From positions 1-64,000 of IMG/VR virus record IMGVR_UViG_3300010167_000019: DNA of 64,000 nucleotides; one strand, 5' to 3'. The notes under the pieces were generated by a model that saw only the letters and a program-made list of their open reading frames with translations, was not told the origin of the DNA and ran no database searches. Source of the DNA: a virus (taxonomy: Duplodnaviria > Caudoviricetes). The position numbers were made by a program, and so were the translations under genes. Numbering within the stretch: position 1 is the stretch's first letter; each line of letters begins with the position of its first letter. Shown piece after piece: positions 28,699 through 39,000 of this stretch.

Positions 28699-29743
28699 AC
28701 CGCAATCGCTTATGCACCATGGAAAGATTATCTTTGGCCCATAGGGTATGATAATTTTGTAAGATCCAGCGAAGCAGATAGTAAATGTTTTGCTTATCAT
28801 AGTCATTGATTTTTAATTCAGCCCGAGTAACATCATCCAATAGGCGATTGAAGAAGATATGCTGATACTCACCTCGTCGTATGGTATTCTTCCCTCCGAC
28901 GATGATCATCCATTCGTCTCGGTTGTCGATATTGTGATAAGCAATTTTGTATTCTTCAAATAGCTTCAACAAGCAACCTGTGATTGAGCGTACGTATATA
29001 AACTCTTCGAATGGTTCTGCTTGCACCGCTACGACGATATTCGACTTCTTATTGCACTCGAAATACAAGTAGCCTTCTTCTCTACTGTAATCATCTTTGG
29101 CTAAGATTTTAATGAAGCGATAGACTTCTAGAAAATTTAGCATCTTGGTAATTGTCAAATGGGAGTAGATCAATAGAACGTTGATGGCATTTTTAAAGAT
29201 TTGAATTTTGTAGATGGGCACTGTATAAGATTGATGATTGACGTCTACTAATTCCTCCTTGAAGGTTTTGACAGAGATGGGCATCAAGGACTTAACAGTC
29301 ACTGCTCCAATGGAAGGGTAGGATAATTTATCTACCAGCTGGAAGAGAATATAGGCTGACTTACCTTTGATCTTGTAGTAGCCATGTTCATCTTGGATGG
29401 GTATGATGATGGGTTTCTTAATATAGTAGACTTTGTAATCACCGGATTTATCATAGGCAGAAATCTCCACATCTAGATAGAGTACACCACATCTAGTCTC
29501 AGCCATATTCTTGATGATCTTATTTTTGTTAGAATTTCTTCTGATGACGTGATCATTGACATTATAGTTTTCCTCATTAGGATCCCATTCGTAACCTAAG
29601 ATCTTGATATTGGGAATGATAGAAAATCCTAAGAAACTCATGTAGACAAACTCATGCAACTCTTTGTCAAACTCTCGGCGCATTAAAGGTAAATTTAAAT
29701 TATCGACAAATTGATTGGGAATGGAATTTAAATACTTGAGCAT
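28699..29743 (-). CDS. rpoB: Phage multisubunit RNA polymerase beta N-half, exon 1 (spliced product ~571 aa)
   Basis: SD AAGGAGG before ATG 29743; IIIPIQDEHGYYKIKGK...FQLVDK and KDNLSMVHKRLR resemble phiKZ/AR9-type beta subunits. Confidence 0.8.
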
Positions 29744-29756
29744 TATTAACCTCCTT

Positions 29757-29879
29757 CTACCAGTACCAGAGAGAGAAAACAATTACTCCTAAGACTAGGC
29801 CACCTCCTAAAATTGATAAGATCAACCAACTGTGGTCAGACGGTGGTTTGAACCATTCATCGTCTTCAGAGAATTTCAC
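29757..29879 (-). CDS. Small (40-aa) membrane protein missed by the ORF track
   Basis: SD GGAGGTGAG + GTG; MKFSEDDEWFKPPSDHSWLILSILGGGLVLGVIVFSLWYW. Confidence 0.6.
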   Translation of the reverse strand: MKFSEDDEWFKPPSDHSWLILSILGGGLVLGVIVFSLWYW

Positions 29880-29916
29880 GTGCTCACCTCCCTATTAGTT
29901 GAGTTGTCTTTGTTAG

Positions 29917-30597
29917 TTAGGGAAATAATAGCATGGGCAATTTGCCCATGCTATTATTTGTTTTCTCTTGGTTAAATTCTTGATCTAAGTGGATTCTGGA
30001 TTCAGTTGCTCCTACCTGAGTATTATACTTCGATCCTCTTACGATGGAATAGGGTGTCTTAGCATACTGGGATTTGATAAACCAAACTTGGACAATGCGC
30101 ATATCGGGATAGAGTACAACCGGATAGGCAGACAGATTGGTGATTTGTAGGCTGACTGTTCCTTGGAAGCCAGAATCACATAAGCCACCTGATTCGATAT
30201 GGATAGAGAGTCGAGCAATAGAAGATCGGCCGGCAATAAAACCCATGATACCCTCAGGGATAAATAAATATTCTTCAGTGGTCATCAAGACAAAATCTCC
30301 AGGCTCAATAATATAACAATTCACCAAGTGTTGTGGTTTTTCTCCGGGTTCTCTTAAAATATTGCCTCCACTAAAGCGAGGCGGTTGACGAGGATCGATG
30401 ATGGCTCTACCCTCCTTTGTCTTGTGATTGGGTTGTGGGATACGATAGGATCCTCCTAAAGTTAAATCAACTGAATTGGGTTGCAGCTGATAAGGCTGAA
30501 TCGGTGTACGAACCAGCATACCTCGTTCGATATATTTTTGAATGGCTCGATCACTTAAGATTGGAGAAAATAAATCTTTAAAGAATCTTCCAAACAT
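29917..30597 (-). CDS. dcd: dCTP deaminase
   Basis: LQPNSVDLTLG, GRSSIARL, DSGFQG.V.LQI.N, GSKYNTQVGATESR. Confidence 0.92.
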   Translation of the reverse strand: MFGRFFKDLFSPILSDRAIQKYIERGMLVRTPIQPYQLQPNSVDLTLGGSYRIPQPNHKTKEGRAIIDPRQPPRFSGGNILREPGEKPQHLVNCYIIEPGDFVLMTTEEYLFIPEGIMGFIAGRSSIARLSIHIESGGLCDSGFQGTVSLQITNLSAYPVVLYPDMRIVQVWFIKSQYAKTPYSIVRGSKYNTQVGATESRIHLDQEFNQEKTNNSMGKLPMLLFP

Positions 30598-30630
30598 GAG
30601 TATCCAACCTCCTTAACTTTTTAACTCCTG

Positions 30631-30642
30631 TAGAATATATCA
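30631..30642 (-). promoter_or_regulatory. Putative early promoter of the dcd-rpoB operon
   Basis: TGATATATTCTA about 35 nt upstream of dcd. Confidence 0.55.
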
Positions 30643-30707
30643 TTGAATGTTGGTGAAAACGTAGACACGGGCAACACCCGTATAAGTTTTGAGAGGGGGA
30701 GGATACA

Positions 30708-31190
30708 GTGGGAATCCCAAAGGCCAGTCTCTTATCTCATACTTCCAATGAAGTATTAGGGATGGAAAATTCTGCCGATAGCAGTACTCAGCGCAGCTAT
30801 GTTTTAACAGTGGACCTACCAGAGAATGATAGTACGACTGATAGCATCCACAAATATAGTTTGCTCATAAACGACCAGCCGACTAACTTGAGCATTGACA
30901 TTCGAGTCTTAAGTGCCGATAATCTGTTAGAGATCACCGAGAGATTAAATTCTTTCAACGATGCCTTACACTGGAATACTTTAGACCAAGACTATGATAT
31001 TTTATTTCTGGATGCTCAAGTAGTTGGGGAAAAGGAGATTCTGGGTAGAATCATTGAATTGGAAAATGCTTTGACTCCTGGCACTTATGATCAATTGATT
31101 CTCCCGGCTGATTATAAAAATGACTTTGGCCATCTGATGGCTCGGATCGATTTAATTGAAAAGTGTCTGACAATTGAGCGTTGGATTTAG
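30708..31190 (+). CDS. Hypothetical tail-module protein
   Basis: SD GGAGG + GTG; AACA-N6-TA at 30673-30684. Confidence 0.6.
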   Translation: MGIPKASLLSHTSNEVLGMENSADSSTQRSYVLTVDLPENDSTTDSIHKYSLLINDQPTNLSIDIRVLSADNLLEITERLNSFNDALHWNTLDQDYDILFLDAQVVGEKEILGRIIELENALTPGTYDQLILPADYKNDFGHLMARIDLIEKCLTIERWI

Positions 31191-31203
31191 AGGAGGTAGC
31201 AAA

Positions 31204-32388
31204 ATGGGTAGGCTGAAACTAGTGGAGGCAACTCTGGATAGACTGATGGGTGAATCTGTGGTTCCCGGTAGGTTGATTGTGACTTATGATGGGCGAATGT
31301 TCTACGAGAGCATCGATGGCCTTCGTTTAGAGATAACGGATATCCTTGAACTTCCTTCAGATGGCAGTAGGTTAGAATTATTGGCTCCCTTGGATCGATT
31401 CTATTGGATCCAAGAGACAGAAAAGTTATGGAAACATCATAAGGGCAAATGGAAATGTTTAAATCCGGATATGCCATTCTTCGACTCTGAAACAAATATG
31501 ATCAAGAATGAGTTCTTAACCTTTTACGATCAGGCGAGTAAAACTTTCTCCAATGACTACTTCAGCTTTTATAACAGCGAGACCAATACCTTCATCAACC
31601 AATACTTCTCCTTCATCAATGAAGAGACCGGAGAAATTAAATTGGATGCTCTACCTTCAGGTGGAAGTGATGGCAGCTTACCTGGAGAACCCGGACAACC
31701 TGGTGCGCCCGGTATACCAGGAGCAGCTGGCGGTGTAGTTATCCTAGGTAAAGATGGTACAGTTGCTGAAGGTTATCTGCCCTTGGCTACTGTCATCCAA
31801 AAAGGCATAGCCACTCTAGGATCTACCGGAGGAGCTGCTCGTTTTGGAGAGAAGAAGGATGTTGGCTTAGATAAAGTCAGCAATGATGCTCAAGTCAAAG
31901 AAGCAGACTTGGGTGGTGCTTTAAACACCCTAGCGTCTACTATCAAAAAAATCATTCCAGCCATCAACGAATTGTTTGAGAAAAAGTTAAATATAGACTC
32001 CAAGGACTATGTTAAATCTCCTGGTAATCAGGGGGAAGAAAAAGTGATGATTGCACCTTTGGTGAAGGGAGATCCCCTTACCTTGATTGAGCTAAGTAGA
32101 TTTGCTCGAACTTATGGACCAGGCGCTATCGTTGGTTCAGATTCCACACCTAATGAAATTCTCATGGATACTCCAGGTCAGGCTGGTAAGGATTCTGCCT
32201 ATGCTCGAGCGGATCATGCTCATCCCATTAAAATCAGCTTTGAGGGTACACTTAATAATATCAAACCGGATGGTGCTAACGCCTCCTTAGGTAGCACGGA
32301 TAAAATTCCTAGATCCGATCATGTTCATAAACAAAAATACACTCTAACTCTAAGTGGTACCACTTTAACCATCACTACGAATAATTAG
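31204..32388 (+). CDS. Tail fibre-like protein with collagen-like stretch
   Basis: PGEPGQPGAPGIPG; YARADHAHP and PRSDHVH motifs; short internal F..S.TN repeats; SD AGGAGG supports ATG 31204. Confidence 0.7.
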   Translation: MGRLKLVEATLDRLMGESVVPGRLIVTYDGRMFYESIDGLRLEITDILELPSDGSRLELLAPLDRFYWIQETEKLWKHHKGKWKCLNPDMPFFDSETNMIKNEFLTFYDQASKTFSNDYFSFYNSETNTFINQYFSFINEETGEIKLDALPSGGSDGSLPGEPGQPGAPGIPGAAGGVVILGKDGTVAEGYLPLATVIQKGIATLGSTGGAARFGEKKDVGLDKVSNDAQVKEADLGGALNTLASTIKKIIPAINELFEKKLNIDSKDYVKSPGNQGEEKVMIAPLVKGDPLTLIELSRFARTYGPGAIVGSDSTPNEILMDTPGQAGKDSAYARADHAHPIKISFEGTLNNIKPDGANASLGSTDKIPRSDHVHKQKYTLTLSGTTLTITTNN

Positions 32389-32396
32389 TAGCAGAG

Positions 32397-33098
32397 GTGA
32401 AAAATTCAATGCCGATCATCATGGATGGCATACTCATTCCTGAAGAAAGCAATATGATCACAGCTAATGGAGTCAACATTCGCCGAGTGATTGTAGACGG
32501 TACGGTCGTCTGGTTCTTTAATCGTAAACCGACAACCCCTGAGCTAACAACTACTATTCCTGAAAGTAATATTGTTGCACCTGGCACCCCAGTTCGGATC
32601 ACTGCTGCTTCCACCGATCCTGATGGCGACAAAATAACTTACCATTGGGAAAATATTCCTTCCTCTGGTTTACCGGTAGCTTACAATCAAGGACAGGCTA
32701 GTCAAAATAACTATTATTCCCTAGGCAAGCAACTGGTGAAAGTTATTGCCAGAGACGAATGGGGAGCTGAAGCAGGTGCAGCTATTGTCTTTGGTGTTTC
32801 GAGTGGCAACAACTTTGGTACTGCTCAAATGGGTGAATTCACAACGAGCATCTTAGAAGAAGGGGTGGCTAACTTCTCTATCATCTATGCTTACATGAAT
32901 GCTCCTGGAGCCAGTGGTCATAATAGCAGCAATAAGGACGTAGGAACAATCTGGGGACGTAAGACCAGTGATAACGAATGGGAAGTTTGGGTTCAAGGTA
33001 CCACTAGCAACGGTATTACCTTGACGGCAACTGCTGAACCAGGAGTTTATTGGCAAGCGAAGTTTGTCTACCAAGTTGATCTTGGACACGGATCCTGA
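32397..33098 (+). CDS. Tail fibre/adhesin-like protein with Ig/PKD-like segment
   Basis: STDPDGDKITYHW...VKVIARDEWGAE. Confidence 0.6.
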   Translation: MKNSMPIIMDGILIPEESNMITANGVNIRRVIVDGTVVWFFNRKPTTPELTTTIPESNIVAPGTPVRITAASTDPDGDKITYHWENIPSSGLPVAYNQGQASQNNYYSLGKQLVKVIARDEWGAEAGAAIVFGVSSGNNFGTAQMGEFTTSILEEGVANFSIIYAYMNAPGASGHNSSNKDVGTIWGRKTSDNEWEVWVQGTTSNGITLTATAEPGVYWQAKFVYQVDLGHGS

Positions 33099-33166
33099 CT
33101 AGCTAATTTTAGGTCCGGGATGACCTATGACGTTACCTTCCACTTTGACGGTTAAGGAGGTCAAAT

Positions 33167-33847
33167 ATGAAAATTATTTCTCTCGCTGAAGCTAATAGTT
33201 TTAAGGGAGGCTATCTACAGGAAAGATTGCTAGTCACACTGAAGGAAGCTTCTTTCAAGGAAATTTTAAAGTTAAGACTGAAGCCTATCAGCTTCCATGA
33301 ATATACTTACGCTGGTTATACTCGTTTGATCACAATCACCTACGATCTGGAAAAGGCTCTTTTTACAGTGGAACTTTCTAAAGATCCGGCCTTAGCCTTG
33401 AGTGAAGATTTATTTACCAGCGAAGGCTTAGACACTCGTCGTCAAATGAAAGCAGAAGAGTTAGCCAGTGAAGTCAATCGGATCATTGATGAGGGAGTCG
33501 ATGTTCTTACGACTAAAGGTCAAGAACGTTTCACTTTGACTATCAGTGATCGTCTTACCTTACAAGAGGCTGTCAATGAGCTAGTTATTAAATCCCGTAC
33601 TCTCTTCAGAGCCAGTGGTCAACCCTTTCGTTTATTTAGCCGAGAAGAAGTTATGGCAGTCAATAAAGCAGCTCTTCGGCATATTAAATTTCATCAGATC
33701 TGTTTAAGTTTTTACCAAGACTACCTGTATAGACTGAATACAGAAGAAGAGCTGGCCCAAGTTAACTATGGGGGAAATCTTCCCGATGATCTTATATCAG
33801 CCCTGAGTGATACACTTGGACGGATGGAAGGAAAGTCCTTTGGTTAA
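33167..33847 (+). CDS. Tail fibre assembly-type (DUF4376-like) protein
   Basis: C-terminal FRASGQPFRLFSREEV...HIKFHQ...EELAQVNYG pattern. Confidence 0.55.
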   Translation: MKIISLAEANSFKGGYLQERLLVTLKEASFKEILKLRLKPISFHEYTYAGYTRLITITYDLEKALFTVELSKDPALALSEDLFTSEGLDTRRQMKAEELASEVNRIIDEGVDVLTTKGQERFTLTISDRLTLQEAVNELVIKSRTLFRASGQPFRLFSREEVMAVNKAALRHIKFHQICLSFYQDYLYRLNTEEELAQVNYGGNLPDDLISALSDTLGRMEGKSFG

Positions 33848-33875
33848 TTAGACTTTGTGAAGGGGAGTAAATGAG

Positions 33876-35549
33876 ATGGCTGTTATCACCTCCAAGAATC
33901 CTAAGGTGGAAATTCTTTCCCATGATCAGCTAGCACCTAGTAAGAAAACTGCAATCCTGACTACCCCTGATCAGTATAGCTGTACTTGGGAAATTCCTAG
34001 CAATGAAACCATGGATCCTATTCTCTATACCTTTGAACTTTTAATCGATGAAAAGTCTACTGGCATGTTAGCCTACGTAACTGTTATGCCAGAAGGTATC
34101 ATCATTGAAAATTCGGATGTCGTTGATTTTTGGGTATCGCCTGATGTTATGAGCAGTAACGGAGGAGTAGCAACCTTCTACATCAACCTTCGTGTGGCTA
34201 TGCAACCAACCCTGAAGATTTTGACTGATCTCCCTATCGTGTTGCAAAATTCTGAACTCTACCTCTACGGCACTAAGGATGATCATATTTTACTTTCTGG
34301 CTCTGATCCCTTTGCTGGCTTGTGGCTTTACGATTGGGAATCTAACACTTTAGAATCCATTTTCAATTGGGGAAGTTATGATCGCTGTATTGAAACAAAA
34401 AAGAAGGAACTTTTCCTATTGAATAGCCAGAATAATAATACCCTCTACCTGAAGGCTGTACCAGATTGCCTTCCTCTTGGTCCAAGTGGCGATCTCTATT
34501 TTGAAAATTCTCTAGGTGATTTATTCTGCCTAGATAGCAACACTCAGACCCTCAAACATTGGAATGGTGCTAGCTTTGTTAATCTGGCAACTGACCTGAC
34601 AGGCTACGCTAAGTTTAACTTCTCTGAGAGTAGAGGGTATCTTTTCTTAACTTGCTCTAAGGGATCAGAGACTAAAGTTTTCCATTGGCAAAATAATTCC
34701 TTCCAATCTAATTCTATCCTTTCTGCAGAGGATGATTCTGTCCACTGGTTTGAAACTACTGATGCTATCTGCTGTGCCGTAGGTCAACATATCTTAACCT
34801 GGGATGAAGAAGACAGCTGCTTCATCAAGCTAACTACAGTCCCCGGAGTAAAGTTTACCAAAGTGCATGTGACTAGAAGGAAAAGAATTTTCTTACTGGC
34901 TGACTCTTCAACCTCTAAGAAAATATACACTTGGCATAAAAATAGCCAAGAGATCGTAGAGGTATATTCTTCTCCAAGTTCCTTCAAGCATTTTTATGAA
35001 ACTCGCAGTGGAGAAGTATTTATAGGCTCAGAGGGAACAGGAGGGATTATTCGTCTAGTCGATCATTCTTTTGTTTCGGTGTATGAAAATGGTTCTGACT
35101 GGGAATGTTGGCATGACACTTACAATGACTTAGTATTTGTCTCCTCAGGCTATTCCACTACCTCTGGTGTCTACCGATGGAATGGTAATTCTACTCTCTC
35201 GCAAGTTTTTCCTTCCGGCTATGGGTGGAAATATTTAGACCAGAGGTCCAGTAAGATTCGTTTGGCTAATGATCGAGCTGAGGGTTGTTTAATCTGGGAC
35301 ACCAGTCTGAATAAATTTATCCTAGACCCAGATGTCAATTCTGATTTTTCTGGACAGCCTATTATCTTTCATGCCTCTGGTAGTACAGTCAATGGGGAAA
35401 CAAAGATTTGGAATTACAAACGTCTCTTCACCAAGGTAGATGGAAATTACGATTTAAGTAAAGTGGTCCGAGCCAACTATCACTTTGCTATTCCGGAATT
35501 GGCTGATCATGTCACTAAACTAGTGATCGGTAAAATGGAATCTGATTAA
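33876..35549 (+). CDS. Beta-propeller-like virion/tail protein, paralog of 49428..51245
   Basis: W/F-spaced beta-rich repeats; YDWESNTLE shared with the paralog (YDWEANTLE). Confidence 0.55.
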   Translation: MAVITSKNPKVEILSHDQLAPSKKTAILTTPDQYSCTWEIPSNETMDPILYTFELLIDEKSTGMLAYVTVMPEGIIIENSDVVDFWVSPDVMSSNGGVATFYINLRVAMQPTLKILTDLPIVLQNSELYLYGTKDDHILLSGSDPFAGLWLYDWESNTLESIFNWGSYDRCIETKKKELFLLNSQNNNTLYLKAVPDCLPLGPSGDLYFENSLGDLFCLDSNTQTLKHWNGASFVNLATDLTGYAKFNFSESRGYLFLTCSKGSETKVFHWQNNSFQSNSILSAEDDSVHWFETTDAICCAVGQHILTWDEEDSCFIKLTTVPGVKFTKVHVTRRKRIFLLADSSTSKKIYTWHKNSQEIVEVYSSPSSFKHFYETRSGEVFIGSEGTGGIIRLVDHSFVSVYENGSDWECWHDTYNDLVFVSSGYSTTSGVYRWNGNSTLSQVFPSGYGWKYLDQRSSKIRLANDRAEGCLIWDTSLNKFILDPDVNSDFSGQPIIFHASGSTVNGETKIWNYKRLFTKVDGNYDLSKVVRANYHFAIPELADHVTKLVIGKMESD

Positions 35550-35583
35550 AATAAGAGGTCCCAAATTGGGACCTCTTATTTTA
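35547..35583. terminator. Bidirectional terminator
   Basis: taaaataagaggtcccaa-a-ttgggacctcttatttta. Confidence 0.8.
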
Positions 35584-35586
35584 ACT

Positions 35587-36126
35587 TTAATCAGGCAAGT
35601 AGGAAAGTAAATCATCTAGATCATTGGTAATTATTTCTTCCAGTGTCCATGGACATTCTGATGGTAATGCTGTCAGTATCTTTTTAAGATTAGGAGTCTT
35701 GATCTTACTTTCTGTGGCATGCTCTCTGTAGGCATCGATACCATCTAAGTAGATATCAGGTAAAGCTTCTTTCAAATGATTGATCAGATTGGTTTGCTGA
35801 TCCTTTCGTCCCCAATTCAAATCATCTCTTAAACTTCTACGAAACTCCACTATTTCAATTGAGATGTGATTGTGGCTATCTTCATCCATCCCGTATTTCA
35901 AGATGAGCAGGTGTTCAACGATGAGTCGTAAATAGCTCTTAGAGGATTTGAGAACATTTCTACTTTCATTGAAGATCTCGGCACATAGTTCAACGAACTC
36001 TCCCTTGGTGATTGTATTCTCAGTGAAAGCAATTAGCAGTTGAGCAAATCTTTGTCCCTGATCAACTATCTCTTCTAGCCTCTGTATAGCAGCGTTCACA
36101 ATTTTTTCATCGGTCATCTTTTTCAC
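35587..36126 (-). CDS. DUF29-family protein (copy 6 of 6)
   Basis: SYLRLIVEHLLILKY...EIVEFR...ECPWTLEE. Confidence 0.75.
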   Translation of the reverse strand: MKKMTDEKIVNAAIQRLEEIVDQGQRFAQLLIAFTENTITKGEFVELCAEIFNESRNVLKSSKSYLRLIVEHLLILKYGMDEDSHNHISIEIVEFRRSLRDDLNWGRKDQQTNLINHLKEALPDIYLDGIDAYREHATESKIKTPNLKKILTALPSECPWTLEEIITNDLDDLLSYLPD

Positions 36127-36129
36127 CTC

Positions 36130-36651
36130 TTAGATTTCAGGTAGCTCAAGGATTAAGTCTGCTACTCTACTCTCGAGTAATTCCTCTAAAGTCCAAGGGC
36201 ATTCTTTTGGCAATGCTACTAATATCTTTTTGAGCTTAGGAGTTTTGATTCTACTTACTGTGGCACGTTCTCTATAAGCATCGATGCCGTATAAGTAGAT
36301 AGCAGGGAGAGAATCTTTCAAATGATCGATCAGATTGGTCTCTTGATTCTTTCTCCCCCATAACAAATCGCACCTTAAGCTTCTGCGAAATTCAACTATC
36401 TCCCAGAGAAGGAAATTCCGACTCTCTTCCTCTACCCTATATTGTAGTAGGAGTAAATGTTCAATGATAAGTCGTAGATAACTCTGAGAGGTTTTATAAA
36501 TGTTAGATCTATCTAGATGATTGAAGATTTTCCTACATATTTCGATGAACTCATCCTTGCTGATCTTATTCTCTGTGAAGGCGATTACTATTTCCGAAAA
36601 TCTTTCTTCACTATCGATTATTTCGTCTAGTTTCATCTTCTCGTTGGCCAT
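36130..36651 (-). CDS. DUF29-family protein (copy 5 of 6)
   Basis: SYLRLIIEHLLLLQY...ECPWTLEEL. Confidence 0.75.
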   Translation of the reverse strand: MANEKMKLDEIIDSEERFSEIVIAFTENKISKDEFIEICRKIFNHLDRSNIYKTSQSYLRLIIEHLLLLQYRVEEESRNFLLWEIVEFRRSLRCDLLWGRKNQETNLIDHLKDSLPAIYLYGIDAYRERATVSRIKTPKLKKILVALPKECPWTLEELLESRVADLILELPEI

Positions 36652-36665
36652 CTTCTCACCTCATG

Positions 36666-37205
36666 TCAGATTGTAGGTAGTTTAAGAAGTAACACGTTGA
36701 TGCTCCCTTCCACTAATTCCTCTAAGGTCCAGGGACAATCTTTTGGTAAAGCTTTTAAAATTAATTTAAGATTAGGATTTGGGAATGGGTTGCTATCATC
36801 TTCTTCGTGATCCTTATATGTTTTGATTCCCCTCTTATAGATCAGAGGCATGATCTCTCTTAGGTTATTGATTATAACAGTTTCCCTGGTTTTAAGATCC
36901 CAATCCAAACAATCGCTCAAGTTCAACTGGAACGTTCTAATTTCCTGTCTAAGGTGGTTCCAAGCAGTTGTGTCCACTCCATATTTTAATATGAGTAGGT
37001 GTTCAATGATAAGTCGTATAAAACTTCGCGCTGACTTTTCGATGTTTTGATCCTCATGAAAGATGTCACTACACTGTTCAATGAACTCTTCATCCGTGAG
37101 TTCATTTTTTGTGTAGGCAATAAAAGTTTTAGCAAATCTTTGTCCGTCACTTACAATATTCTGTAACTCTTGCAGCAAGGCCCTTACCATTTTTTCTTCA
37201 GCCAT
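36666..37205 (-). CDS. DUF29-family protein (copy 4 of 6)
   Basis: SFIRLIIEHLLILKY...W..EIRTFQ...DCPWTLEEL. Confidence 0.75.
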   Translation of the reverse strand: MAEEKMVRALLQELQNIVSDGQRFAKTFIAYTKNELTDEEFIEQCSDIFHEDQNIEKSARSFIRLIIEHLLILKYGVDTTAWNHLRQEIRTFQLNLSDCLDWDLKTRETVIINNLREIMPLIYKRGIKTYKDHEEDDSNPFPNPNLKLILKALPKDCPWTLEELVEGSINVLLLKLPTI

Positions 37206-37221
37206 CTTTCTTCACCTCATG

Positions 37222-37743
37222 TCAGATTGTAGGTAGTTTAAGAAGTAACACGTTGATGCTCCCTTCCACTAATTCCTCTAAGGTCCAGGGACACTGTTCA
37301 GGTAAGGATCTTGTGATTGTTTTCAGGTTAGGATTCTCTTTATCGTGATCGCGGTAGGTTCTAATGCCCCTTAGATAGATCAGAGGCATAAGCTCTCTCA
37401 ATTTGTTGATGACAGTCGTCTCTTGGGTCTTGAGCCCCCAGTTTAAATCCTCATCTAAATTTTTCTGGAAGGCTTCGATTTCATTACTGATATGACGATG
37501 TGCAGTTATATCCACCCCGTACTTTAGTAAAAGCAGATGTGCAATGATAAGTCGTAAGAAGCTCCGGGATGATCTTTCAAGATTTCCGGCTTCATTGAAG
37601 ATCTCGGCACATAGTTCAATGAACTCTCCCTTAGTAATCGTATTCTCAGTGAAAGCAATTAACGTATGAGCAAATTTCTGACCATCATTCGCGATGTTCT
37701 GTAGTTCCTGTAAAATAGCTCTGGCCATGTCTTCCTCAATCAT
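37222..37743 (-). CDS. DUF29-family protein (copy 3 of 6)
   Basis: SFLRLIIAHLLLLKY...QCPWTLEEL. Confidence 0.75.
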   Translation of the reverse strand: MIEEDMARAILQELQNIANDGQKFAHTLIAFTENTITKGEFIELCAEIFNEAGNLERSSRSFLRLIIAHLLLLKYGVDITAHRHISNEIEAFQKNLDEDLNWGLKTQETTVINKLRELMPLIYLRGIRTYRDHDKENPNLKTITRSLPEQCPWTLEELVEGSINVLLLKLPTI

Positions 37744-37757
37744 TCCTCTACTCCTTT

Positions 37758-38279
37758 CTAAAGTTCAGGTAACCTGAGAATTAAGTCTTCAGGTTCACCT
37801 TCTACTAGCTCATCTAAAGTCCAGGGACATTGTTCCGGTATAGACTCTAAGATCACCTTGAGATTAGGATTCTTTTTGTCGCTATTCGTATAGGTCCTAA
37901 TTCCAGCAGCATAGATCTGAGGCATCTCCTCTTCTAGATTATTGATTATCAATGTCTCCTGGGTCTCAAGATCCCAATCCAAATAGATGATCAGATCCAT
38001 TTGATTTTTTATGAGCTCGTACTCAAAATCATCCCAGGGACTCACATCTATCTGGTACTTTAACAAAAACAGATGTTCGATGATCTGCCGTAGAAAATTC
38101 CGTGCTTCTTTCTGAATGTTTTTATCCGCGGGGAAAATGTCACTACACTGTTCAATGAACTCTTCATCCGTGAGTTCATTTTTTGTGTAGGCAATAAAAG
38201 TTTTAGCAAATCGTTGTCCATCGTTTATGGTCTTCCGCAATTCTTCTATCAAGGGATTCACTGCTTTTTCGTCACTCAT
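37758..38279 (-). CDS. DUF29-family protein (copy 2 of 6)
   Basis: NFLRQIIEHLFLLKY...QCPWTLDEL. Confidence 0.75.
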   Translation of the reverse strand: MSDEKAVNPLIEELRKTINDGQRFAKTFIAYTKNELTDEEFIEQCSDIFPADKNIQKEARNFLRQIIEHLFLLKYQIDVSPWDDFEYELIKNQMDLIIYLDWDLETQETLIINNLEEEMPQIYAAGIRTYTNSDKKNPNLKVILESIPEQCPWTLDELVEGEPEDLILRLPEL

Positions 38280-38294
38280 TCTTTTCCATCCTTT

Positions 38295-38816
38295 CTAAAG
38301 TTCAGGTAGTCTGAGAATTAAGTCTTCAGGTTCACCTTCTACTAGCTCATCTAAAGTCCAAGGACACTGTTCAGGCAAGGAGTTCATGATCTGCTTGAGG
38401 TTTGGATTCTTCCTATCATGTCGCTTGTACGTTCTAATCCCTTGTAAATAGATCAGGGGTAAAAGATCTATTAAGTCGTTGATAATTGTTGTCCGTCGAG
38501 GACCATGCCACCAGGCTAAATTCTTAGCCAAACTTTTTTGATATCCTCTGATCTCATGAGTGAGATGTTTACGGGCGGTCGTATCTATTCCGTACTTTAA
38601 TAGAGGTAGATGTTCAATGATATTTTTTAAAAAACTCTTTGAGGATTTTTCGATACTCCCATCCTCTTGGAATATCTCTGTGCATAATTCACTGAATTCA
38701 TCCTTGGTAATTTTATTTTCGGTAAAGGCAATCAGTGTCTGAGCGAACCTTTGACTGTCATTCGCAACATTCTTCAGTTCCAGTAAAATAGCTCTGGCCA
38801 TGTCTGCACCAATCAT
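38295..38816 (-). CDS. DUF29-family protein (copy 1 of 6)
   Basis: SFLKNIIEHLPLLKY...QCPWTLDEL. Confidence 0.75.
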   Translation of the reverse strand: MIGADMARAILLELKNVANDSQRFAQTLIAFTENKITKDEFSELCTEIFQEDGSIEKSSKSFLKNIIEHLPLLKYGIDTTARKHLTHEIRGYQKSLAKNLAWWHGPRRTTIINDLIDLLPLIYLQGIRTYKRHDRKNPNLKQIMNSLPEQCPWTLDELVEGEPEDLILRLPEL

Positions 38817-38966
38817 TCTTCATATCCTCCTATCACAAACTCGGTGTCATTGCCTACTCTCAACTGACTATCATTTGGATCATACATAATTTTGCCTCCT
38901 TTCTTCATGCTTATTTCTTTCCCTGTACTTTAGAATATATATTCATAGAATCAGCGAATACGTTAG

Positions 38967-39000
38967 ATAAAGAGAGGGAGGAATTCCTCCCTCTCTTTAT
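38967..39000. terminator. 34-bp perfect palindrome terminator
   Basis: ataaagagagggaggaa|ttcctccctctctttat. Confidence 0.75.

Noticed and set aside
35587-38816. Diversity-generating retroelement behind the DUF29 variation
   Set aside because: No reverse transcriptase in the window, and differences are not adenine-specific. The block-sharing pattern fits duplication and gene conversion.
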